Positions 48,701 to 56,500 of a stretch of 64,000 bases of DNA are shown here, piece by piece. The notes beneath the pieces were generated by a model, which worked only from the letters and a program-made list of their open reading frames with translations, was not told where the DNA came from and ran no database searches. The DNA is from a virus. Made by a program: the position numbers and the translations under genes. The stretch's first letter is position 1. Each line of letters starts with the position of its first letter. The stretch lies in the IMG/VR virus record IMGVR_UViG_3300042888_001738, positions 1 through 64,000 of that record; one strand, given 5' to 3'.

Positions 48701-49149
48701 TCAAGGCTCGTAAGAAGTTGACTCAAGAAGATAGAGACATTCTTTATATAGGTAGAATTAACCCAATTGCAACCTTCGCTGATGTTGGTACTGTGATTTG
48801 GGGTAATAAAACTCTACAAGTTAGAGAATCTGCTCTTGACAGAATCAACGTAAGAAGATTGTTGTTACAAGCTCGTAAATTGATTTCAGCGGTATCTGTA
48901 AGATTATTGTTTGAACAAAACGACGCACAAGTTAGACAAGACTTCTTAAATGCGGTTAACCCAATCTTAGATGCGATCAGAAGAGATCGTGGTTTATATG
49001 ACTTCCGTGTAACGGTTTCTAATGATCCTGAGGATATTGATAGAAACCAATTGACAGGTAAGATTTACATCAAACCTACAAGATCACTTGAGTTCATCGA
49101 CATCACATTCTACATCACTCCAACAGGAGCATCGTTTGAGAATATATAA
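45799..49149 (+). CDS. contractile tail sheath protein
   Basis: FVSPGVYTSEVD, YYPW, PWFAAAGYTRG, RINPI, WGNKTL, RINVRRLL, LFEQN and IKPTRSLEFI. Confidence 0.95.
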   Translation: MATNSKVFVSPGVYTSEVDLSFVAQSVGVTTLGIAGETLIGPAFEPIFITSFDDFQTVFGGTSPEKFVNTQIPKYEAAYIAKAYLQQSNQLFVTRILGLSGYDAGPSWSITTVANVNPDTIDVWCLSSVTDFTTCVTTCVTPKELTFSVQFTGCTNDSGTISYLTSFPSEIEDLLLSQYEEFNGDTSTLNDQIQNLVFNVITSTNPYTAEDQQIAYFGSIATDDYDVLSGSGFSAETNVFEVPSVSFNDTDLNSAFNDSWYYALFNNYGNTNYSGFSFFTYVSGLTAYFPNPTPTPGATASPTPTPSFVNPCITPSPFTSPTPTPTPVNIDCYSGTIVGKIYYYTGTSYVDYDNVVVGTLRSRGISTYTTDTNPTYSVTGTSDVTLDMTGQYAGVLKNPYLTFGVNVVDKFGTSFKFETSLTQNDPEYFTKVFGITNFQKPRIEVPIFAEEVFQSFLNYSWRKGYIKGLNPNPIALDSAQSGDPNSIGWYLDKWQTPASPYVVSELRGNKVYDLFRFYTVSDGDAANTLIKVSIINQTYNNLTFDVLIRDYFDTDANPVVLEKFTNCTMDPGQNNFVANKIGTLDGEYLLNSRYVMVEMSEDAPIDALPCGFNGFNFRNYAGANSPFPIIKGKYDFPGEVIYNPPFGLSSGNDNALISPGDNVRRTYLGISNSLGWDPAYFEYVGKRNPINSCDIDGLPFNYRSAGFHMDVNASGLTIGPEFSTAGDQRFICGNSPFITDPESPTNAYYRLFARKFTFLVQGGFDGWDIYREWRTNTDQFQIGRSGFLRGACPSTRYPNATGWGAFKEISLGDGTQNFANSDYYAYLLGQQTFANPEATNINVFVTPGIDYVNNSNLVEAAVEMIEFNRADSLYVCTTPDVDMYVPNLNGQDLLIYPTEAVDNLDNTGIDSNYTATYYPWVLTRDSVNNTQIYIPPTAEVTRNLALTDNIAFPWFAAAGYTRGIVNCIKARKKLTQEDRDILYIGRINPIATFADVGTVIWGNKTLQVRESALDRINVRRLLLQARKLISAVSVRLLFEQNDAQVRQDFLNAVNPILDAIRRDRGLYDFRVTVSNDPEDIDRNQLTGKIYIKPTRSLEFIDITFYITPTGASFENI

Positions 49150-49168
49150 GTTGGTTTATATTCATATG

Positions 49169-49198
49169 AAAAGGGGAGGCGAAAGTTTCCCCTTTTTT
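49169..49198 (+). terminator. intrinsic terminator (GAAA tetraloop)
   Basis: AAAAGGGGAGGC-GAAA-GTTTCCCCTTTTTT. Confidence 0.85.
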
Positions 49199-49220
49199 AT
49201 TTATAGAGATATTTATTTAT

Positions 49221-50048
49221 ATGAATTATAAAAAAATTGTTAAACAGATCATTTCAGAGATCATTCACGATCAGATGAAACCTACAATGAAGTATTATGC
49301 TTTTGACTGGGATGATAACCTTATGTATATGCCAACTAAAATCTATACCAAAGATGATAAAGGTAAGGTTGTTGGTATGTCAACAGAAGATTTTGCGGAA
49401 TACAGAACTGAAATCGGTAAAGAACCCTTCGAATATGAGGGACATACCATAGTTGGTTTTGATGAAAACCCATTTAGAGACTTCAACGTACCTGGTGATG
49501 AAGGGTTTTTAAAAGATGCAATGAAAGCACCTACAGGACCAGCATGGAGTGATTTTGTTGAGGCGGTTAATAATGGGTCAGTTTTTTCGATCATTACAGC
49601 AAGGGGACACACACCTTCAGTTCTTAAAAATGCGGTTTATAACTTAATTAAGAAAAACAAACACGGATTAAGTGAAAAAGAATTAATTAAAAATTTAAAA
49701 AAATATAGAGAACTAGCTGATGAAGATGATTTATCTGATGAGGAACTTCTTAGGTCTTACTTAGATATGAACAAATATCACCCTGTAAGTTTCGGACAAG
49801 GTTCTGCTGCTAACCCTGAACAACTTAAAGTCGACGCTATGAAAGAATTTATGACATACGTCCAAAATCTTTCTAGAAGATTGCAAGAAAAGGCATTTAT
49901 GAAAAATAAGATTAGCAATTATTTTGTTCCTTATATTGGTTTTTCAGATGATGACTTAAGAAATGTTCAAGCAATGAAGAAACATTTTGATGATGAAACT
50001 GGTTTAGAAATTTATCATACAGGAGGAGGAAAGAAGACTAAATACTAA
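49221..50048 (+). CDS. HAD-superfamily hydrolase-like protein
   Basis: FDWDDN (DxD), IITARGH, K and FSDDD motifs; TATTTAT at 49198 and 49210. Confidence 0.7.
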   Translation: MNYKKIVKQIISEIIHDQMKPTMKYYAFDWDDNLMYMPTKIYTKDDKGKVVGMSTEDFAEYRTEIGKEPFEYEGHTIVGFDENPFRDFNVPGDEGFLKDAMKAPTGPAWSDFVEAVNNGSVFSIITARGHTPSVLKNAVYNLIKKNKHGLSEKELIKNLKKYRELADEDDLSDEELLRSYLDMNKYHPVSFGQGSAANPEQLKVDAMKEFMTYVQNLSRRLQEKAFMKNKISNYFVPYIGFSDDDLRNVQAMKKHFDDETGLEIYHTGGGKKTKY

Positions 50049-50118
50049 TTTAGTTGTGACTAGTAAATGTATAACTTGAAAAATATTTGAAGTAAATAGA
50101 AAATTTTTTATTTCACAC

Positions 50119-50126
50119 TATTTATA
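50119..50126 (+). promoter_or_regulatory. TATTTATA putative late promoter
   Basis: Upstream of the tail tube ATG at 50161. Confidence 0.6.
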
Positions 50127-50160
50127 ATAAAAATAAAAGACAAAAGTAAAAAAATAAGAT

Positions 50161-50649
50161 ATGGCTGATTTGTTAATGAAAATGCCGATCCCTTACGAAC
50201 CGAAAAGGGAGAACCGATGGATTTTGAGATTTCCATCATCACTTGGTATTAATGAGTGGTACGTTGAGACGACATCTAGACCAAAACTTACTATCAACAC
50301 AACTAAGATTGACTTCTTAAATACTTCAACGTATGTTGCAGGTCGTTTTGAATGGGGTGAACTTCCAGTTACTTTCCGTGATCCAATCGGACCTTCAGCA
50401 TCACAAGCTGTAATGGAATGGATTCGTTTATGTGCTGAGTCAGTAACAGGTCGTATGGGATATGCTGCGGGTTATAAAAAGAATGTTGACCTTGAAATGT
50501 TAGACCCAACAGGAGTTGTGGTTGAGAAATGGATTTTAGAAGGTACATACTTAACAGGATATGATGGAGGATCTCTATCATACTCAAATGATGGTATCGC
50601 TAAGATTACTGCAAACATGAGAATGGACCGTTGTATCTTGGTTTACTAA
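50161..50649 (+). CDS. tail tube protein (gp19-like)
   Basis: EPKRENRW, GRFEW..L.VTFRD, W....and LDPTG.VVEKW.L.G; 162 aa following the sheath. Confidence 0.85.
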   Translation: MADLLMKMPIPYEPKRENRWILRFPSSLGINEWYVETTSRPKLTINTTKIDFLNTSTYVAGRFEWGELPVTFRDPIGPSASQAVMEWIRLCAESVTGRMGYAAGYKKNVDLEMLDPTGVVVEKWILEGTYLTGYDGGSLSYSNDGIAKITANMRMDRCILVY

Positions 50650-50673
50650 AAAAATATTACATACAAAATATAT

Positions 50674-50708
50674 AAGACCGTATACTTTACTAGTTACGGT
50701 CTTTTTTT
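50674..50708 (+). terminator. intrinsic terminator
   Basis: AAGACCGTA-N12-TACGGTCTT followed by a T tract. Confidence 0.7.
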
Positions 50709-50732
50709 ATTTTTAATTATAAAAGAAAGTTT

Positions 50733-51503
50733 ATGGAACAAGATGTATATGTAGCAGGACAAGAAGGTTTTAATTTACCTCACGACGTAATTCAATTACC
50801 AACACAAGGTAAATTTTATAAGTCCAAAAAGAAATCGATTAAAGTTGGTTACTTAACTGCCGCTGACGAAAATATTTTGGCTGAGGTTGATTTTAGAAAA
50901 AATGTAAACGAAGGCATTATTCTACCTTTGTTAAGAAACAAGATATATGAAAGAGATCTTAGACCTGAAGAACTTTTAGATGGTGATGTTGAGGCAATCT
51001 TATTGTTTTTACGTAATACATCCTTTGGTCCTGAATATAAAATAACTCCGATTGATCCTGAAACAGAAGAAAGGTTCTCATCAACAATTCTACTTGACGA
51101 ATTAAATTATAAAAAAACGGATGTAGAACCAAATGAAGACGGATATTTTGAGACGACACTCCCTGTGTCAAAAAAGAAAGTGGTTTTAAAACTATTAACC
51201 ATAAGTGACAAGATTGAAATTGATAGAGTAGTAAAATCATATCCTTCTGAAAGAACTGCACCTGTCATTACGACTAGATTATTAAAAAATATAGTTTCCC
51301 TTGATGGTGATGAAGATAGATCTAAAGTCAGTATGTTTGTTGAACAAATGCCAATTGCCGATTCCAAATACATTAGAAGATTTTTAATTGATAATGAACC
51401 AAGATTAGATCTATCAAAAGAAGTTATAGCCCCGTCAGGAGAAAAAGTGGTAGTGGATATCACTTTTGGGGTGGAATTTTTTCGGCCTTTCTTATCAATA
51501 TAA
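50733..51503 (+). CDS. tail/baseplate assembly chaperone (T4 gp26-like)
   Basis: LPTQGKFY, LTAADENIL, LLDGD..AILLFLR..SFGPEY and LPVSKK, ending in FFRP; lies between the tube and the tape measure. Confidence 0.7.
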   Translation: MEQDVYVAGQEGFNLPHDVIQLPTQGKFYKSKKKSIKVGYLTAADENILAEVDFRKNVNEGIILPLLRNKIYERDLRPEELLDGDVEAILLFLRNTSFGPEYKITPIDPETEERFSSTILLDELNYKKTDVEPNEDGYFETTLPVSKKKVVLKLLTISDKIEIDRVVKSYPSERTAPVITTRLLKNIVSLDGDEDRSKVSMFVEQMPIADSKYIRRFLIDNEPRLDLSKEVIAPSGEKVVVDITFGVEFFRPFLSI

Positions 51504-51639
51504 GACAATCTTATTAGACGAATTTTATTATTTCTCAAGACTATTCAGAACTCAATATTCTGAGTTTATGAATATGCCCACCTACGTCCGCAGATATTTA
51601 ATCCAAAAACATGTTGAGGAGACTAAAACCAATAATTAA
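51481..51639 (+). CDS. +1-frame chaperone extension (gp51/'T'-like), probably reached by programmed frameshift
   Basis: Hand translation FGLSYQYKTILLDEFYYFSRLFRTQYSEFMNMPTYVRRYLIQKHVEETKTNN*; begins at GAA-TTT-TTT-CGG. Confidence 0.6.
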   Translation, partial: FGLSYQYKTILLDEFYYFSRLFRTQYSEFMNMPTYVRRYLIQKHVEETKTNN

Positions 51640-51662
51640 ATATTTATGAAATAAATGTAGTT

Positions 51663-53495
51663 ATGTCGGATAGAGAAGAAGAATTAAAGAAGGAAAACAA
51701 ATTACTTGAGGAACAACTTGCGAAATACAAAAAACTGAACCAACAGGATGGTGAACGATCTAGTGGTATGAAAAAACTCTATGACGAAAAAAACCAATAT
51801 GTAGGAAGTTGGACTACAGACCTTTCTGTCATCAAAAAAAGAATGGAAGATACTTTTTCAAGTATAGGTGACGCACTCAACCCTGCAGATTTAGGTGCCT
51901 TTGAAGAATTAGATGAAAGGGCGACAAGTCTCCAAAACAAATTTGGGGCAACTAAGGGTGTAATGGAAGGATACAAACAAAGTATAGCCGACACCATACC
52001 TGAATTAATTAGAATGGGAATTTCCGAAGAAACTGCTGTAACGAATATGGCGACTCTAATGGAAAGTATGGGAAGTTCTGCCACGTTAGGTACCGAAGCA
52101 ATCACTGAAGTATCAGCCGCGGCTAAAGTAAGTGGGGTAGAAATTGGTAAATTATCGGCTAATTTTAGAGATGTCGGTATTTCAATTTATGATGTTGGTG
52201 ATCAAATGAAAGAAGTAACCGATATTGCAAGAGCTGCCGGTGTATCAGTTGCCGGTGTTTCAGACAAAGTAACAAGTAATTTAAATAAAATGAATCTTTA
52301 CAACTTCGATAATGGAGTAAAAGGTTTAGCGAAAATGGCAGTTACTTCAGAAAGACTTGGAATTAGCATGAACCAAGTATTCGAATTTGCGGAACAAATA
52401 TATAATCCTGAAGGTGCAATAGAAATGGCCGCAGGTCTACAAAGACTTGGGGTTACAGCAAGTGGGTTATTGGATCCACTTAAAGCCATGGATATGGCGG
52501 CTAATGACCCTGAAGCACTACAAAAAGAAATTATTAATGTGACAAAAGAATTTACCAAATATAATGAGGCTAATGGTAAGTTTGAAATTATGCCAGGTTC
52601 AAAAAGAAGACTTAGAGAAATTGCTAAAGAAATGCACATACCTGCAGACCAATTAGCATCTATGTCTATTAAGGCGGCGGATTTCGATATGAAAATGAAA
52701 CAAATTGAATTCCCATCTTTGGCTGCGGATCAAGAAACAAAAGAAATGATTGCGGGAATGGCTCAGTTGAAAGACGGAAAGGCACAAATTAATGTTAAAA
52801 ATGAGGCGACTGGTGAATTTGAACTTAAACAAGTTGACCAACTTACCGCCAAAGATATTGAAAGTCTTAAAAAATCCCAAGAAGAGGATAGCATGTCTAT
52901 TGAAGATGTCCAAAGAGAACAACTTAGTATAAGTCAAAAAATTGAGGCGAATACAAGAGGGGCTATTAGTAGTGTTAAAATGGGTAAGGCAACAACTGAA
53001 CCACTTGAAAAGTTATATACCACTATTATGGGTGCTCAAGTAGATATTAGTAGAAATTTTGCAGATCAAACGTCTAGTAAAGGTACAAGAAAGACTCTTA
53101 CATCGATTGGACAACCTATGGAAGATTATATTGTAGGTGGTATTAGCGGTGATGCGAATATGCAAGCCGATGCTGGTAAAAACTTATTAAAGGCTCTTAG
53201 TGATGCTGAACAACAAATTAAAACAGGATCTCAAGAATTTCTAAATCAAACTCTTACAGATATAAGTACTAGATTTAAGGAGGCATACTCACAACCTCAA
53301 AAAGTTGAAACAAAATCAGAAGTAAATTTAAACATGACAATCAACGGTAATGACAATGTTAAGAACATGGATTTAAACTCTGTAAGAAATGATATTGTAA
53401 ACTATCTTACTCAAACTACCGAAGGTAAGGATATTTTGAAAAAGGCAGTTGAGAATCCAAACGCACCAACTGCTATGGTTGGATCAAAAAACTAA
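51663..53495 (+). CDS. tape measure-like protein
   Basis: 610 aa, Ala/Met/Glu/Lys-rich and helical; directly follows the chaperone; TATTTAT at 51641. Confidence 0.65.
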   Translation: MSDREEELKKENKLLEEQLAKYKKLNQQDGERSSGMKKLYDEKNQYVGSWTTDLSVIKKRMEDTFSSIGDALNPADLGAFEELDERATSLQNKFGATKGVMEGYKQSIADTIPELIRMGISEETAVTNMATLMESMGSSATLGTEAITEVSAAAKVSGVEIGKLSANFRDVGISIYDVGDQMKEVTDIARAAGVSVAGVSDKVTSNLNKMNLYNFDNGVKGLAKMAVTSERLGISMNQVFEFAEQIYNPEGAIEMAAGLQRLGVTASGLLDPLKAMDMAANDPEALQKEIINVTKEFTKYNEANGKFEIMPGSKRRLREIAKEMHIPADQLASMSIKAADFDMKMKQIEFPSLAADQETKEMIAGMAQLKDGKAQINVKNEATGEFELKQVDQLTAKDIESLKKSQEEDSMSIEDVQREQLSISQKIEANTRGAISSVKMGKATTEPLEKLYTTIMGAQVDISRNFADQTSSKGTRKTLTSIGQPMEDYIVGGISGDANMQADAGKNLLKALSDAEQQIKTGSQEFLNQTLTDISTRFKEAYSQPQKVETKSEVNLNMTINGNDNVKNMDLNSVRNDIVNYLTQTTEGKDILKKAVENPNAPTAMVGSKN

Positions 53496-53517
53496 TAAAA
53501 AAAATATACCGAACACC

Positions 53518-53525
53518 TATTTATA
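53518..53525 (+). promoter_or_regulatory. TATTTATA putative late promoter
   Basis: 12 nt before the ATG at 53538. Confidence 0.6.
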
Positions 53526-53537
53526 AAATAAAACAAT

Positions 53538-56500
53538 ATGTCTGAAAGTTTTTTATCGTTTGGTAACTCATCGGCTTTTAGGAAACAATTATTAGTTAAG
53601 AATTTAACGCCTTATAATGTTCCTGGAACATACACATCACCAGGTAATCCTGTTGACTATGAAGTTGTGCTTTCAGTCAATAATGTTATTGATTCACCTA
53701 ATAATTACGTATCCACAAATTTATTTGCCCAAGATTTATATCCATTAAATGAATATGGTCCTGAAGGTGGTTTTGGTAACCCCATAGGAGTTAATTCTGT
53801 TGCGTCAACAAACAACCCAGAAGGAACTAATCAAGGTCCTTACGAACCAATTGATACGGTTTTAGATATTGTAAATGAATTCTACATTGAATCTGCTTAT
53901 GTGACTAATAAGTGGGGACCGAGTGGTGGATACAAAGATTTAGTTGTTATTACCGATATACAAAATGCAGGTAACATATACCAACCATATTGGGATCCTG
54001 GATATTATAGTTATTCATCATACCCAACATTTAACATTGTCTTCCAAAACGACCCAATTGGGTCAAACGGACCGTTATCGTCAGATAGTTTTTTAGCTAA
54101 AATTGGGGCTTCTCAGTTAAAGTTTGCTTTTGAGGAACGAGTGGCTCAAGAACTACAACAAGCGACGATTGGTGTTATTAATCTTGATACAATTTCAGAT
54201 CCTTTTTCTGCAAGTTTATTAGCATCAGGACAACAACCATTCTTTATTAGAGATTGGAGAATTACGGTTCCTGAAAATCCTGCTTTGGTTGCAGTATCTT
54301 TAGCTAATCGATTAACAGGAACTTACTTTCCTGTTTCATTTATACCTGGTGATTATTTCGATGGAGATAACCCAATAAATGGACCACAAACAGAGGCAGC
54401 TCTTGGAGTTGCAAATAGTTTAACAGGTGGTTTATTGGCACCAATATTAAACAAATATAGAAGTCCATCTGAAGTTTTTGTTGCAAATACGGGTAATGGT
54501 ACTAGATCTGCATTATTTTCGGCACTTGACTATAACTTATATAGACCGGCATACAACCGAGGAGTAATTGGTGGTTTAATCGCAGGTGCTTCTGCGGCTG
54601 TTAATAGATTATTTGACCAAGACAAAGCTCAATCTTCGGGTTATTATGTTGGTAATGAAAATGCAGAACCATCACAAATTGATGGACCACCAAACCAAGT
54701 TCCTGTTAACCAATTCGGAGTCCAACAACAAAGTATTGTTTATGGACCACAAGAATTGGCTAAACTTTATGAGGGTAACGAAAGTTTAATCAATTTTGGT
54801 TTAGCGGGTAGATCTTATAGTGACGGTGGAGGAACTTCGGGTCAATTAGTTTGGACATCACCAAAGTATAAAGGTAATGCAGGGTTTAGAGCAACGCAAG
54901 GTGGTGGGGCTGGTAGTTTGGATGACGATTTCAATCAGATATCGGCAGATTATTTACGATACCAATCTGTTGACATTCCATTTAGACCTGGTTCTATTTT
55001 ATATGAAACACAACGACTTGTTGATTCTGCAGACCAAGTACAAGGACAGGCGAGATTAAAACACGTAGGTACTGCAATTAACCAAGTTTCTAAAGTATTC
55101 AACGACGGATATAAGGAAATGACAAAAGGTTCTATGGTACTTTCATATGTTAATCAAGCCGATGGAACACAAGCGGGATTAGAATATTGTAGAGTATTCC
55201 AAAAGGATACACCATATTATACTTATGCCGATCTACAAAAGTCTGCGGGTATTACTACGGAAGGTAGAAGAGTTGATTATTCAATTTTAGATAGTACCTA
55301 TAATTTGAACATTGCCCCATTAAAAAATCCTGGGTCAACAAATATTGTTGATGGAAAAGTTAAGAAATACATGTTCTCAATTGAAAATTTGGCGTGGAGA
55401 ACTTCAGACAGACCTGGTTATACTTATGATGATTTACCTGTTTGTGAGAAGGGACCTAATGGTGGTAGAATTATGTGGTTCCCACCATATGATTTAAAAT
55501 TTTCTGATGACTCAAAACCAGATTTTAACTCAACATTTTTCTTAGGAAGACCTGAGCCAATTTATACATATAAAAATACAAGTAGATCAGGACAGTTAAC
55601 TTGGACTATTATTGTTGATAACCCTTCTATGTTAAATACAATAATTGAAAAACAAATGAAAGGTGTTGGTAAAGAACGAGTACAAAGTGTTGTGGACTCA
55701 TTCTTTGCAGGTTGTACTAAGTATGATATATATGAATTAGGTATCAAATTTAATATGATACCGACAAAAGATTTATTTACGTACCAACAAATCTTAAATA
55801 ACCCAAGATTAACGACTGAGGAGCAAATACAGGTATTTGAAAGTATACCACAAGATCCGGTAACAAAACAACCTAATAAAGCAACTGGTGGTGACGGAAC
55901 CCCAAATACCACAGAAACGGGAACAGAAACCGCTGAAAATACCAAACCTACTGATGTTGATTTGAGTAAGTATGTTGGTTATGGATTTTATTTTGAAAAT
56001 GATATACCTAAAGGAAACCCTGGAACAACTGCAGCATCACCATATAATGTATATTATGACAACTATATTGGTTTACAAAACACCACATATCAATCTGAAG
56101 CACCAACCACAGTTTCATCAGGAGGACAGGAGTTCCAAAAGGCTGGAATACCACAATTCTTCAGTGACGTGATCACTGGAAACTTTAATCTTATTCAGAC
56201 CGGGTTAATGAAGGAAATTGATGAGGTATTAATTAAAAATGGGTCCATCACAATCGATATGGTTGGATCTGCATCTGCACCTGCAAAGGTTAGTTATAAC
56301 CAAAAACTTTCTGAAAGAAGAAATGACTCAGTTAAGAAGTGGATGTTGGCTTACAAATTGTCAAATGGAGACACCGTCCAAAAATATGCAGATTCGCAAA
56401 AATTTACTATGAACTTTAAAGGGAGTGGTGAAGAGTTAGTAATACCTAAAACAAAAAAAGATGCGGATGCAACATCATTCACAGGTGACACTTCGGTAAC

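Noticed and set aside
51107-52937. Short antisense ORFs over the chaperone and tape measure (and similar <145-aa antisense ORFs elsewhere)
   Set aside because: They overlap well-supported genes on the opposite strand and show no motifs.
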